Assembly: GCA_001794635.1 (NCBI GenBank)
Contig: MGKE01000014.1
Span: forward strand, 112,984 to 176,983
Length of the DNA: 64,000 bases
Reading direction: 5' to 3'
From: Candidatus Yanofskybacteria bacterium RIFCSPLOWO2_01_FULL_39_28
GTDB taxonomy: Bacteria; Patescibacteriota; Minisyncoccia; 2-02-FULL-40-12; GWA2-44-9
Part shown: positions 36,033-46,378 of the stretch, piece after piece
How the letters are laid out: the number at the start of each line of letters is the position of its first letter
How positions within the stretch are numbered: the stretch's first letter is position 1
Program-made: the position numbers and the translations under genes
The notes under the pieces: model-generated
What the model saw: only the letters and a program-made list of their open reading frames with translations
Told to the model about the DNA's origin: nothing
Databases searched by the model: none

Positions 36033-38186
36033 TTGATACCGCAATTTACAGTAGAAAAATTGAAGAATAGGAAGAAAAAAGTTAAGAAGGTTATTAAATC
36101 CTTAGTCACACTGGCCGTGTGGTTTTTTGTAGTTGGTATAATTGTTTTCTTGTCTTACTTTATCTACCTTCAAAGAACTATCCCCGATCCGGAAACTCTT
36201 ATTTCAAGAAAGGTGGGGGAATCAACTAAAATATACGACTCTACCGGCACAGTTTTGCTTTATGACATCCACGGCGAAGAAAAAAGAACCATCATTCCTT
36301 GGGAAGATATCACCAGTTATGTTAAGTGGGCCACTTTGGCTTCAGAGGATAGTGATTTTTATAAGCATCGCGGAGTTGATTTTAATGGTATCGCCCGAGC
36401 TTTTTTAAAAAACCTAATGGAGGGTGGTATATCTCAGGGCGGATCAACGATTACTCAACAACTGGTTAAAAAAGCTCTCTTGGGTGATGAGCGAGCTTCC
36501 ACTTTTCGTCTGGTTACCAGAAAAATAAAAGAGATTATTCTAACAGTTGAAATTGAGAGAAAATATAGCAAAGATGAATTATTTTGGATGTATTTAAACC
36601 AAATACCTTATGGTTCTAGCGCTTATGGTATTGAGGCGGCTAGTAAAACATTTTTTGATAAACCAACCAAGGATCTTACTTTAAACGAAGCGGTTGTTCT
36701 TGCTTCTCTGCCCAAGGCTCCGACTTTTTATTCTCCTTATGGCAGTCATGTTGAAGAGTTAGTGGTTAGAAAAAATCACACCTTATCCAGAATGCTTGAT
36801 CTGGGGCATATAACCCAAGAAGAATATGATCAAGCAAAAAAAGAAGAGGTTGTCTTTCAGCCAAGCGTTGACAAAATTACCGCTCCTCATTTTGTTATTA
36901 TGGTCAGGGAATATTTGGTTTCTAAATACGGCGAAGACGCTGTTGAAAAAAATGGTCTTAAGGTGATAACCACCTTAGACACCGAGCTCCAAAAAATAGC
37001 TGAGGAGGCTGTTACAAAATATTCTGAAATAAACAAAGAAAAATATAAAGCCACCAATGCCGCTTTGGTGGCCATAAACCCCAAAAACGGAGAAGTTGTA
37101 GCTATGGTCGGCTCAAGTAATTATTTTGATATTGAAAACGAAGGTAATTTCAACGTAACAACTGCTAAAAGGCAACCTGGTTCGGCTTTTAAACCCTTTG
37201 CTTACGCTGTTGCTTTTCAAAAAGGATATCCCGATGGAACTATTGTCTTTGACACGAAAACAGAGTTTAATCCAAACTGTAAACCTAACGCTTTGGAGGA
37301 AAAAGATGAGTTTGGTTTAGACTGTTATCATCCCGAAAATTATGACGGCCGTTTCCGCGGACCGGTTACTCTAAGAAATGCTTTGGCTCAATCATTAAAC
37401 GTCCCTTCTGTTAAAACACTTTATTTGGCTGGAGTTGAGGATACTATAAAACTGGCTGAATCTATGGGCATAAGCACCCTCCAAGACCGGTCCAGATTTG
37501 GCTTATCTCTTGTTCTTGGTGGTGCAGAAGTAAGGCCGATTGACCTTGTCTCAGCTTATGGAGTTTTTGCTAATGATGGAATTAGGAATCCTTGGAATTT
37601 TATTAGAAAAATTGAATCTGGTAGCGGTGAAATTCTTGAGGAACAAAAACTAAAGCCCGAAAGAGTTATTGATTCTTCTGCGACTCGGCTTGTAACTGAT
37701 GTATTGTCGGATAACAATGCCCGCTCCTCTGTCTTTGGTTATTCAAGCTCTCTTTATATTCCCTCCAGAGAAGTTGCTGCAAAAACAGGAACGACCCAAG
37801 AAAACAGAGACGCTTGGGTTGTTGGTTATTCTCCAAATATTGCTGTTGGCGTTTGGACAGGTAACAATAAAAATGAATCTATGACAAGAGAAGGTGCTGG
37901 TATCAGCGCTTCTGGGCCTATGTGGAAAGAGTTTATGGTTAAGGCGTTAGAAAAATATCCTTTTGAGGGCTTCCAAAGACCTGATCCTGTTTTCTCAAAC
38001 AAAATAATGCTAAGTGGCCAATATTTTGATCCAGACCACGAAGTTCACAACATTCTCCACTATATTAACCGCTCCCAACCCGCTGGATCAATTCCATCAA
38101 ATCCGTTAGAAGATACTCAATATATAAACTGGGAATGGTCAGTTAGAAATTATTTCGGTTTGTCTTTGCCTAATTTACCTAATTAG
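36033..38186 (+). CDS. bifunctional penicillin-binding protein 1A-type (glycosyltransferase + transpeptidase)
   Basis: 717 aa with a TTG start. GT51 motifs EDSDFYKHRGVD and GGSTITQQL, plus SAFKP (SxxK), SLN and KTGTT. Confidence 0.9.
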   Translation: MIPQFTVEKLKNRKKKVKKVIKSLVTLAVWFFVVGIIVFLSYFIYLQRTIPDPETLISRKVGESTKIYDSTGTVLLYDIHGEEKRTIIPWEDITSYVKWATLASEDSDFYKHRGVDFNGIARAFLKNLMEGGISQGGSTITQQLVKKALLGDERASTFRLVTRKIKEIILTVEIERKYSKDELFWMYLNQIPYGSSAYGIEAASKTFFDKPTKDLTLNEAVVLASLPKAPTFYSPYGSHVEELVVRKNHTLSRMLDLGHITQEEYDQAKKEEVVFQPSVDKITAPHFVIMVREYLVSKYGEDAVEKNGLKVITTLDTELQKIAEEAVTKYSEINKEKYKATNAALVAINPKNGEVVAMVGSSNYFDIENEGNFNVTTAKRQPGSAFKPFAYAVAFQKGYPDGTIVFDTKTEFNPNCKPNALEEKDEFGLDCYHPENYDGRFRGPVTLRNALAQSLNVPSVKTLYLAGVEDTIKLAESMGISTLQDRSRFGLSLVLGGAEVRPIDLVSAYGVFANDGIRNPWNFIRKIESGSGEILEEQKLKPERVIDSSATRLVTDVLSDNNARSSVFGYSSSLYIPSREVAAKTGTTQENRDAWVVGYSPNIAVGVWTGNNKNESMTREGAGISASGPMWKEFMVKALEKYPFEGFQRPDPVFSNKIMLSGQYFDPDHEVHNILHYINRSQPAGSIPSNPLEDTQYINWEWSVRNYFGLSLPNLPN

Positions 38187-38462
38187 TATCTTGTTCAGTT
38201 TAATCTTGTTTTCTTTAAAAAACGAGTTGATACTTAATAGCTGAAGGGTTAGCTCGTTGGCTATAACTTTATTGTCTGTGTTTATTGTTAAGCTGTTCTC
38301 TTTGGCGTCATAGTTTAAAACAAAAGAAAAACCCATAATATCGTCTCCGAATTTGTTTTTTAAAAAAGAATAGAAGCTGGTTTTTATAATAGCTAATTTA
38401 TCTTGTGATTTGCTGAGATAATTTTTTCTTTTTTCAAAAAGATTATTAATACTTTTCAGCAT
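38175..38462 (-). CDS. DUF721/DciA-like small protein
   Basis: 95 aa immediately downstream of dnaN. SLTINTDNKVIANELTLQ resembles the DUF721 'GTLTV...AWAQEL' segment. Confidence 0.5.
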   Translation of the reverse strand: MLKSINNLFEKRKNYLSKSQDKLAIIKTSFYSFLKNKFGDDIMGFSFVLNYDAKENSLTINTDNKVIANELTLQLLSINSFFKENKIKLNKILIR

Positions 38463-38466
38463 GTTT

Positions 38467-39558
38467 TTACCTTCTAAGTGGCATTATAAGATAGGTGAGG
38501 TCTTTGGATTCATGTTCTGGTCTTAAAACTAAGGGGCTTCCTTGGCCGGTATATTCTATAATTACATGCTCGGTCGGTATTATTTTTAAACCGTCCAATA
38601 AGTAGTGGTGGTTTAAAGAGATATCAAACGGCTCGTTTTTAAGCAGAGCTTCCGTATTTATTTGAATCTCTCCTTTGTCTGCATTCTTAGCTGTAATTGT
38701 AAGTTGTTTTTCATTACAACTTAATTTAATATCGGCAATATTAGATGAGAAAATACCAGCTAAACGCACATTTTTGTCTAAGTCTTCTTTTTTAACCAAC
38801 ATTCTTGAAATATATTTATCTGGAATTACTTTCTTATAGTCGGGGTAATTACCGTTAACCAATCTAGAAACAAGCTCTATTGCGTCAGTAGAAAAAGAGA
38901 CCTGATTATCATCGTATCTGACAATAACATCTTCGTTAATATCCCCTAAAAATCTTATTAACTCCAAAACAGTTGATCTTGGTAAAATAAAAGAATTATT
39001 ATTTTTATTTTTTAAATCAATAATTCTTTCGGATAATCTAAAACTATCCGTTGAAGAAAATATCAATTGTTTATCGTTAAACTGAATAAATACCCCGGCT
39101 AATTCTGGTCTTGTTTCAGAAACAGCAACAGAATCAAAGACAGAATTTAATCCTGATTTTAATATTTTTGAAGGAATTGTAGAAAATATCTCTTTTTTAA
39201 TTTTTGGTATAATCGGAAAGTCTTTAGTGTCAAAACCTAATATTTGAGTCTTATATTTTTCGGTATTTATTGTTAAAATATTGTTTTTAGTAGTTAGGGT
39301 TATTTTTTCTTCCCCGGTGTTATTTACAAAATCGGAAAATATTTTTGCCGGAACAGCTATTTCACCTGTTTCTTCTACTTTAGCTCCTAATAAACCACTG
39401 ATTCCTATCTCTAAATTAGTAGCTATTAATTTAAGCCGTCCATTTTCTGTTTTCAGTAAAATATTATTTAAAATAGGCAAAGAAGGGTTTCTTGAGATAA
39501 CCCTTTCAATTACAGAAATAATTTTAGTTAAATTTTTATGATTAGTAGTAATCTTCAT
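38467..39558 (-). CDS. dnaN: DNA polymerase III beta sliding clamp
   Basis: 363 aa. PILNNILLK, the three-domain length, and position after dnaA. Confidence 0.9.
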   Translation of the reverse strand: MKITTNHKNLTKIISVIERVISRNPSLPILNNILLKTENGRLKLIATNLEIGISGLLGAKVEETGEIAVPAKIFSDFVNNTGEEKITLTTKNNILTINTEKYKTQILGFDTKDFPIIPKIKKEIFSTIPSKILKSGLNSVFDSVAVSETRPELAGVFIQFNDKQLIFSSTDSFRLSERIIDLKNKNNNSFILPRSTVLELIRFLGDINEDVIVRYDDNQVSFSTDAIELVSRLVNGNYPDYKKVIPDKYISRMLVKKEDLDKNVRLAGIFSSNIADIKLSCNEKQLTITAKNADKGEIQINTEALLKNEPFDISLNHHYLLDGLKIIPTEHVIIEYTGQGSPLVLRPEHESKDLTYLIMPLRR

Positions 39559-39789
39559 TAGATATATAAATACTTATTATTACTATTATTAAGGAAGTAT
39601 ATTTTGTTTATAAGTTTTTAAAATGAATTTATGAATGACGTATTACTTGGAGTATTTTAAAAAATACTGGTTTAACATCTTGTTTATAATTTTATATATA
39701 ACTCTGGATAAGTAGCGGACAACTTTTTAATAAAATACTAATAACTAATGAATAATTATAATTAAATCATCATCAAAACAATTAATCCA

Positions 39790-41160
39790 CTACTTATCAA
39801 AAGAATTATAAACACGTTCTCTAATCATAACCAACTCTTGTTTTACAGACTCATCATTATTCTCTTCCCTTTTGATTTTTTCACAAGCATGAATCACTGT
39901 TGAGTGATCGCGACCACCCAACTTTTGCCCTATTTCAGGAAAAGATAATTTAGTCTCTTCTCTTAATAAGAACATGGCCATTTGTCTCGGTCTGACTATT
40001 TCTTTTTTCCTACTTCTTTTGATTAGATCACTTGGGGAAATATTATAGAAATCAGCAATATTTTTTAAAACAACCTGGGACGATGCTTTTTTGTAAGGAT
40101 TGTTCAAATAGGTAGCTAGAATATTTTTGACCTCTTTTGTGCCAGGAGGTTTGTTGTATATTTGGCTAAAAGCAATAACCCTATTTAAAGCACCCTCAAG
40201 TTCCCTAACATTTTTCTGGATATTTGTGGCTATATAAGTCACGGTTTCATTGTCCAACTCCTGATTTTTTTCCAGCATTTTTAATTTTAGTATAGCCAGC
40301 CGTGTTTCAAAGTCAGGAATACCAATATCGGCTATCATGCCGCCCTCAAAACGTGATTTGAGCCGTTCTTCTAAAGCAGGAATAGCTTTTGGGGGACGGT
40401 CAGAAGACAGGACGACTTGTTTGTTTTTCCCATGAAGCTCGTTAAATATTTGAAAGACCACTTCTTGGGTCCTTTCTTTTCCGGCAATAAATTGAATATC
40501 ATCAATAATCAGAAGATCTAGTTTTGAATAGGTGTTTTTTAGGTCCTCTATTGTTCTGTTGCGGATAGATTCAATCAGGTCAGCTGTAAGTTTTTCAGCA
40601 GATATGTATAAAACATGACTGTCTTTATATTCTGCAGATATTTTATTGCCGATTGATTGGAGAAGGTGGGTTTTACCTAAGCCTACTCCACCATAAATAA
40701 ATAAGGGATTATAAAGTTTGCCTAAATTTTTAACTATTGCTAACGAAGCCGCGTGAGCTAGTTCATTATTGGATCCAACAACAAACGATTCAAAAGAGTA
40801 CTTTTTATTAAGGTTGGTATATTTATCTATATCTTTTAAAGAATCAGGTATTACCTTTTCCTCTAAGTCACGATCTAAGAAAGGTTTAGGAGTTGTTTTT
40901 AGCTCAATTTTGGGTGTTCCCACCACATACCTGACCTCCCTTACTTCAGGAGAAAACCCCCTAATTGAGTCCAGAATGCGTTTATTAAATTTATTCTGTA
41001 ACCATTCTCTAATAAAACCATTAGGAACACTCACCACTATTGATTGACCGTCCTTAGACAAAATCAAAGTATTCTTAAACCAGGTCGTAAAATTCGCCTT
41101 AGTTAATGAAAGCTCCATCTCACCCAATACTGCTTTCCATAATTCTTCATTGGTCATCAT
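39790..41160 (-). CDS. dnaA: chromosomal replication initiator DnaA
   Basis: ATG 41160 preferred (MMTNEELW). Walker A GGVGLGKTHL, Walker B LLIIDDIQF, and the C-terminal DNA-binding GGRDHSTVIHA. Confidence 0.95.
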   Translation of the reverse strand: MMTNEELWKAVLGEMELSLTKANFTTWFKNTLILSKDGQSIVVSVPNGFIREWLQNKFNKRILDSIRGFSPEVREVRYVVGTPKIELKTTPKPFLDRDLEEKVIPDSLKDIDKYTNLNKKYSFESFVVGSNNELAHAASLAIVKNLGKLYNPLFIYGGVGLGKTHLLQSIGNKISAEYKDSHVLYISAEKLTADLIESIRNRTIEDLKNTYSKLDLLIIDDIQFIAGKERTQEVVFQIFNELHGKNKQVVLSSDRPPKAIPALEERLKSRFEGGMIADIGIPDFETRLAILKLKMLEKNQELDNETVTYIATNIQKNVRELEGALNRVIAFSQIYNKPPGTKEVKNILATYLNNPYKKASSQVVLKNIADFYNISPSDLIKRSRKKEIVRPRQMAMFLLREETKLSFPEIGQKLGGRDHSTVIHACEKIKREENNDESVKQELVMIRERVYNSFDK

Positions 41161-41287
41161 GGGTTTAATTATAACCAACGTAATAAAAATAACATAAGCA
41201 CTGAAAGTTTATATGATGTTTATAACAAGTGGATAAATGTTTACAATATTGACTATGGCATAAAACATGTATATACTACAAATTAAT

Positions 41288-41426
41288 ATGAATCCCCACA
41301 CTCAGTTAGGATTTGCGACCTAGTGTTTTATGGGTTTGTGGGAAAAACATGTGTATAAATTTAATTTTGGTTAGAATATTATTCCAAAATCGCAATGGAA
41401 ACATATCCTAACTGAGTGTGGGGATG
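41288..41426 (+). promoter_or_regulatory. CCCCACACTCA hairpin element on the rpmH start codon (copy 3), directly after a TTGACT-17-TATACT promoter
   Basis: ATGAATccccacactcagttaggat (41288-41312) pairs with atcctaactgagtgtggggATGAAG (41405-41429). Mini-ORF MNPHTQLGFAT. The promoter is at about 41250-41278. Confidence 0.7.
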
Positions 41427-41561
41427 AAGATTACCTTATATCGTCCAAAAAAGAAGAAAAGAAAAAGAAAACACGGCTTTTTTAAACGATCACAATCCAG
41501 ATATGGCAGAAGAGTTTTAACGCGCCGAAGAAGAAAAGGGAGACGTAAACTAACAGTTTAG
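41424..41561 (+). CDS. rpmH: 50S ribosomal protein L34
   Basis: My translation is [45 protein letters not shown] (45 aa). It is below the ORF-track length cutoff. Confidence 0.9.
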   Translation: MKITLYRPKKKKRKRKHGFFKRSQSRYGRRVLTRRRRKGRRKLTV

Positions 41562-41563
41562 AT

Positions 41564-41914
41564 ATGCCCCTCCCCAGAAAGAATCGCCTAACTGATAAAA
41601 AGGACTTTGATATGGTTTTTAAGGAAGGAAATGCTGTAAAAGGCAATTTTTTGTTTATAAAATACAAAAAAAACACTTTAACTAATTCGCGAGTTGCCTT
41701 TATTGTTCCCATTAAAGTTGCTGGTAATGCTGCCAATAGAAACAGGATAAAAAGAATATTTTCCGAACAAATTCGTAAAAAAATTACCGACTTTAAAAGT
41801 AAGTATGACATTGTAATCACACTTAAACGTAAAGAAAAAGAAGATAGTCTAAAACATGAATTAATGGATTTATTAAATCGAACTAGAATACTAAATGAAA
41901 AAAACAGTAATTAA
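41564..41914 (+). CDS. rnpA: ribonuclease P protein component
   Basis: 116 aa. [17 protein letters not shown] and NRNRIKR, positioned after rpmH. Confidence 0.9.
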   Translation: MPLPRKNRLTDKKDFDMVFKEGNAVKGNFLFIKYKKNTLTNSRVAFIVPIKVAGNAANRNRIKRIFSEQIRKKITDFKSKYDIVITLKRKEKEDSLKHELMDLLNRTRILNEKNSN

Positions 41915-42119
41915 ATTTATTAAAGGCTACCAATATTTTTCCCACACCTTGCTTAGGCACAATGCCTTACCTTTATTTTTCCCCTCTGTTTGTAGATTTT
42001 ACCCAAGCTGTTCAGAGTATACCATTGAGATGATTGATAAGTGCGGCCTTTGGAAAGGCTTGCTTAAAGGTTTAAACAGAATATTGAAATGTAACCCCCT
42101 TACTACTAATTACAAATAG
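41895..42119 (+). CDS. yidD: membrane protein insertion efficiency factor YidD
   Basis: 74 aa. [11 protein letters not shown] motif. The last codons (TTNYK) are supplied by hairpin repeat H2. Confidence 0.88.
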   Translation: MKKTVIKFIKGYQYFSHTLLRHNALPLFFPSVCRFYPSCSEYTIEMIDKCGLWKGLLKGLNRILKCNPLTTNYK

Positions 42120-42192
42120 ACCCAAATATACAAATTTACGAATTAAATTTATTTGTAGATTTGTACATTAGATAAAATTAGTAATTAGTAGA
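42101..42192. repeat. TACGAAT/TACAAAT hairpin repeat, copy H2
   Basis: tactactaattacaaat...tacaaatttacgaatt / atttgtagatttgtac...gtaattagtagat. It overlaps the yidD 3' end and ends 6 nt before the yidC ATG. Confidence 0.8.
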
Positions 42193-42197
42193 TAAAA

Positions 42198-42902
42198 ATG
42201 ATGGAATTATATAATACAATTTTATACGAACCACTTCTTAATGCTGTCGTTTTTTTGTATAATATTTTGCCTGGCAACGATTTTGGTTTAGCCGTGATTG
42301 CCCTTACTATTATTATCCGATTAATATTCTTCCCCCTTACTGTTAAAACCATTCTTTCCCAAAGAGCTCTTAGTAGAATCAACCCGCAAATGAAGGCCAT
42401 CAAGGACAAATTCAAAAATGACGTCCAAGCCCAGTCAGCTGCAATAATGAAGTTGTACAAAGAAAATAATGTTAACCCATTATCGGGTTGCTTACCCTTG
42501 TTGATACAACTACCGATACTCATAGCCTTGTATCAAGCTTTTGGGGCTGGATTTAAACCGGACAACCTCGGACTTATCTATAATTTCATAACTAAACCGG
42601 AAAATATTAATCCTATTTCTTTTGGTTTTTTGAATATTACTTCAAGGAGTGTTATTTTAGCTATAATAACTGGCGCCTTTCAATTTATCCAACTTCGTCA
42701 AAACCAAAATTTAATGCAAAACAACTCCGACGGTGTCCAGAAAGAAATGCAGGCACTTAATAAGCAAATGTTGTATATTTTCCCGGTAATGATTATAATT
42801 ATTGGTTGGAACTTGCCGGCCGGTTTACTGCTTTATTGGGTGACTACGACCTTGTTCTCAATGGGAGAACAGACGTATATTAGAATGAGATATAAAAACT
42901 AG
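42198..42902 (+). CDS. yidC: membrane protein insertase YidC (short Gram-positive-type)
   Basis: 234 aa. GLAVIALTIIIRLIFFPLT, NPLSGCLPLLIQLPI, and GLLLYW. Confidence 0.9.
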   Translation: MMELYNTILYEPLLNAVVFLYNILPGNDFGLAVIALTIIIRLIFFPLTVKTILSQRALSRINPQMKAIKDKFKNDVQAQSAAIMKLYKENNVNPLSGCLPLLIQLPILIALYQAFGAGFKPDNLGLIYNFITKPENINPISFGFLNITSRSVILAIITGAFQFIQLRQNQNLMQNNSDGVQKEMQALNKQMLYIFPVMIIIIGWNLPAGLLLYWVTTTLFSMGEQTYIRMRYKN

Positions 42903-42938
42903 AAATTTAAAATTCAGCTTGGATATAAGAATTAAAAC

Positions 42939-43421
42939 ATGGAAAATGAAAATAGTAACAATATAAAAGAAAGAGTTATGGAAACCGTTCAAGGGATGGC
43001 TGGCTTTATGAACTTAGAATGCCAAGTTAACCTAAAAGAAGAAATAGACGATCGTAACAACAAATCCCTACTCGTGTCTGTCTACACACCCGAAAACGCC
43101 AGTCTTCTTATAGGCAAAAATGGTCAAAACTTAAAGGCCCTAGAACAGATTTTAAGAAGTATTTTTTTGAAAAAAATCACTGATATTAATAATATCGTTG
43201 TTGATGTAAATGATTATCGCAAATCTCAAACTAACCATCTGGTTGATTTGGCCAAACAGACCGTAACTCGAGTCCGCAGTACCCAAAAAGCCGAAGCCAT
43301 GTTTCCTATGTCGCCTTATGAAAGGAGAATTGTTCATATGGAACTTGCTTCTTGCCCAGATATTACCACAGAGAGTATCGGTGCAGAACCAAATCGTAGA
43401 ATAGTAGTAAAACCACTTTAA
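42939..43421 (+). CDS. Jag/KhpB-type KH + R3H RNA-binding protein
   Basis: 160 aa. GKNGQNLKALEQIL (KH) and ERRIVHMEL (R3H), positioned after yidC. Confidence 0.8.
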   Translation: MENENSNNIKERVMETVQGMAGFMNLECQVNLKEEIDDRNNKSLLVSVYTPENASLLIGKNGQNLKALEQILRSIFLKKITDINNIVVDVNDYRKSQTNHLVDLAKQTVTRVRSTQKAEAMFPMSPYERRIVHMELASCPDITTESIGAEPNRRIVVKPL

Positions 43422-43885
43422 TCATTACTTCTCTTCAGGATTACAGGTTTTTTAAGTTGGTCAATTTCAATAATAACCTCATCCTCCTTTGTCCAGCTAA
43501 TACTTAAATTTACAACCCTGGTTTTAAAGACAGATTTTTGATTTGAACCGTCAAGATTAGAAACAAAGACACCCCCCTCCCTGCCCTTTTTAGGAGGAAT
43601 AAAATAAGCAATTTTCTTGTTGTCTGGCGAGATTGCATAGATACTGATATTGGGACTTAAGTTTAAAAACATCCTCGTTGTTATTTCTGGCAAGGATGGC
43701 CTTTGTTGGGTAGATATTTCTTTGGTGGAATCAACAACCCTTTCTTCAAAACGATCTAAAAGTGTTCCAGTTTTTTGTTTGGCATTAGCTTTTACTTCGT
43801 GTCCAACTAAAATATAACCTCCCAAAAAAGAAGTCAAAGCGAGAGACGCCATTAAAAACAAAAAGAATACCTTATTACTGACCAT
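43418..43885 (-). CDS. hypothetical membrane-anchored protein (last gene of the T4SS-like cluster)
   Basis: 155 aa with an N-terminal TM. Confidence 0.5.
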   Translation of the reverse strand: MVSNKVFFLFLMASLALTSFLGGYILVGHEVKANAKQKTGTLLDRFEERVVDSTKEISTQQRPSLPEITTRMFLNLSPNISIYAISPDNKKIAYFIPPKKGREGGVFVSNLDGSNQKSVFKTRVVNLSISWTKEDEVIIEIDQLKKPVILKRSND

Positions 43886-43893
43886 TAGTTTAT

Positions 43894-44616
43894 TTAAACT
43901 TCGGTCAAAACAGCCGAAGCAGATTCTTCTGACGATTGGCGAGCCTCTTTAAATGTTTTTCTTTCGTCCAGATAGGCTAGAAGTATAGACAGACTGGCCC
44001 AGGGAAAGATTGATAAAAAAGGAATAAACTCGGCTACTGCCCCTGCCACAACTTTCATGGTCGGATTTTTTCTGAAAAATCGGGCTATTCTAAAAGCCGT
44101 TTTGGTGGTGCGTATGGCTGTTCTTCTATACTCCTCAACTTGTTTCATAAAACCCTCGGCTCTTTTTTGCTCCTGATCGGTAAACCACATAATCAAAACG
44201 GTTGATATTGAAAGAAAAAAAGATACAAACCAAGCTACTATAGCCAAAAATCCGGTAAGTTCAATTGCATCTACCAAATCATTCGGGACCGCTAAAACAA
44301 AAAATAATAAAAAGTATTTTATAAAAGACGGGCGACCAAACGATCGGCCTTCTTTTTGAATTGAATCAGCTGTTTGCGCTCCTTGTTCCTGTTGTTCTCG
44401 CTCTAAAACCAGTCGGTTGGCGTAGTCAATTTCTTTAGCTTGTTGTTCTGGAGCAGGAAATTTTTCTTTTATTTGCCTATTGATTTGTCCAACCACCCTG
44501 TTTTTATAGCCGGGAACATAACCTTTCCAGCCCAAATTTATTTTTTGGACCTTATTTTCTAGTTTTATTGGTCCCCATTCTTTTATTTGTTCTAGTTCCT
44601 GTTTTTTTTCGGCCAT
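43894..44616 (-). CDS. hypothetical polytopic membrane protein (T4SS-like cluster)
   Basis: 240 aa with three to four TM segments. Starts 1 nt after the VirB4-like stop. Confidence 0.5.
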   Translation of the reverse strand: MAEKKQELEQIKEWGPIKLENKVQKINLGWKGYVPGYKNRVVGQINRQIKEKFPAPEQQAKEIDYANRLVLEREQQEQGAQTADSIQKEGRSFGRPSFIKYFLLFFVLAVPNDLVDAIELTGFLAIVAWFVSFFLSISTVLIMWFTDQEQKRAEGFMKQVEEYRRTAIRTTKTAFRIARFFRKNPTMKVVAGAVAEFIPFLSIFPWASLSILLAYLDERKTFKEARQSSEESASAVLTEV

Positions 44617-44617
44617 A

Positions 44618-46375
44618 TTATTGGTTAGCTTTAGCCCACTCCTCTTTTGCCTTCTCTACTTCAAGAATTTGCCTTGGATCAGAGGTGATAATTTGATCTT
44701 CAGCGTAAGAAGCCACAACCCGGATACCGATATGGTTTTGACCAAGGAAAAATAAGCCAAAACCAACCCTTGCTTCAAGGAGATAGTATTTTTCGGCGTC
44801 AGTCAGGTTAAACGTTTCTTTTACAACCTCAATTGCTGCTGGTGATTGTTTCATTAAAATCTGCATTGAGGAGTTGGTGACGATGGATTTGCCTTGCGGC
44901 GTAGCCATAAAATCAGGAATATCCTGGGTTATAGTGGTTAGGCCCAGATAATATTTCCTCGCTCTTTTGGCAATATTAAACAAAAACTCAGCTCCCAGAG
45001 GATATTTCATTAGCCACCAGGCCTCGTCAACCACCATGATTCTTTTCTTCAGGTTTCGGCGAACTTGGGTCCATATATGATTTAAAACTAGATACATAGC
45101 AATCGGTCGTAACTCATCTTCCATATCACGGATACTGAAAACAACAAACCTAGCATCAAGAGCAACATTAGTTGGATTGTTTAAAAACCCGGCAAAAGTT
45201 CCTTGAGTGAATTTTTTCATCCTGACAGCCATTGATTCAGCGCCAGTCAGTCCTTCCAAAACATTCTGGAAGTCTGATAAAATCGGCGGTTCAGATTTAG
45301 TAAAGTCGCTTTCCGGAGCTATGTCTTTAATGGCATAAGTCTGAATTATGGCCTCATCAAGAATGTTTGACTCTTCCGGAGTTAGATCGCCCATCATTAA
45401 TCTAAACAAACCGGTAAGACTTAAGGTGTGAGATTTGAAAACATCAGCCGGAGACTCATCCTCTTTAGGGATAGGTAAGTCAAAAGGATTTATGTGATTA
45501 GGAGAGTTGACTGATATTTTGACATTGGAACCGCCAACAGTTTCAGCCAGGTATTTATACTCATCCTCCGGGTCAATAACAAGAACTTGCGTACCAAAAA
45601 CAAGACTACGCAATATCTCCAGTTTAACCGTATAACTTTTACCACCACCACTTTTTCCAAAAACAACTGAATTTGCATTTTCAAGGTCAAACCGGTCAAA
45701 AAGAACTAAAGAATTATTATGGGTGTTAATTCCATAAAGTATGCCCGAGTCCGAAGTCAGGTCAAAAGATACAAAAGGGAAAATTGAAGACAAAGGCTCT
45801 GTATTTAGGGATGTATAGACATTTAATTTGTCACTGCCTAGGGGCAAGGTAGACATGAAGCCCTCGGACATTCTAAAAGTTGCCGGCCGAGAAAATATAA
45901 GCTGATACTCAAGCAGGCCTTTCAGTTTATTCTCTGTTTCATCCAGAGTTTGCAAGGAACCTTCGTAAAAGGTTATATAAACTCCCAGTTCAAAAAAACG
46001 ATCTGTCCCCTGCTGGAGCCTATCCCTTAGACTTTCAATGTCTTGTATGGCTGTCTCAAGAAGAGGATTTCTTACTTTGCCGGCCGCTGACTCTTCCATA
46101 ACCTGGGCTTCCAAGCGAGCCAATTGGTCGCGGAGCTGTTTTAATATTTGAGCGGTGTTTTTGGGGTTAGTGTAAATTGAAATATCAAAAACCCGATCCA
46201 GATTGATTATCGGAGAAAACCAGCTAGTATGCAAAAATCTAGGATAAGTGGCCAAGAAGATCGTTCGGGCATACTGACTGCCGATTCTTATGTGATTTGG
46301 CGCCACACTAAAAGCCGACGGAGCCAAGAAGGCGTCAATCTCGGTTGACTTAATTGTATCGGCCGATTTTGACAT
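44618..46375 (-). CDS. VirB4/TraC-type T4SS ATPase, ATPase portion
   Basis: 585 aa. Walker A GKSGGGKSY and Walker B IMVVDEAW. Confidence 0.8.
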   Translation of the reverse strand: MSKSADTIKSTEIDAFLAPSAFSVAPNHIRIGSQYARTIFLATYPRFLHTSWFSPIINLDRVFDISIYTNPKNTAQILKQLRDQLARLEAQVMEESAAGKVRNPLLETAIQDIESLRDRLQQGTDRFFELGVYITFYEGSLQTLDETENKLKGLLEYQLIFSRPATFRMSEGFMSTLPLGSDKLNVYTSLNTEPLSSIFPFVSFDLTSDSGILYGINTHNNSLVLFDRFDLENANSVVFGKSGGGKSYTVKLEILRSLVFGTQVLVIDPEDEYKYLAETVGGSNVKISVNSPNHINPFDLPIPKEDESPADVFKSHTLSLTGLFRLMMGDLTPEESNILDEAIIQTYAIKDIAPESDFTKSEPPILSDFQNVLEGLTGAESMAVRMKKFTQGTFAGFLNNPTNVALDARFVVFSIRDMEDELRPIAMYLVLNHIWTQVRRNLKKRIMVVDEAWWLMKYPLGAEFLFNIAKRARKYYLGLTTITQDIPDFMATPQGKSIVTNSSMQILMKQSPAAIEVVKETFNLTDAEKYYLLEARVGFGLFFLGQNHIGIRVVASYAEDQIITSDPRQILEVEKAKEEWAKANQ

Positions 46376-46378
46376 AAA

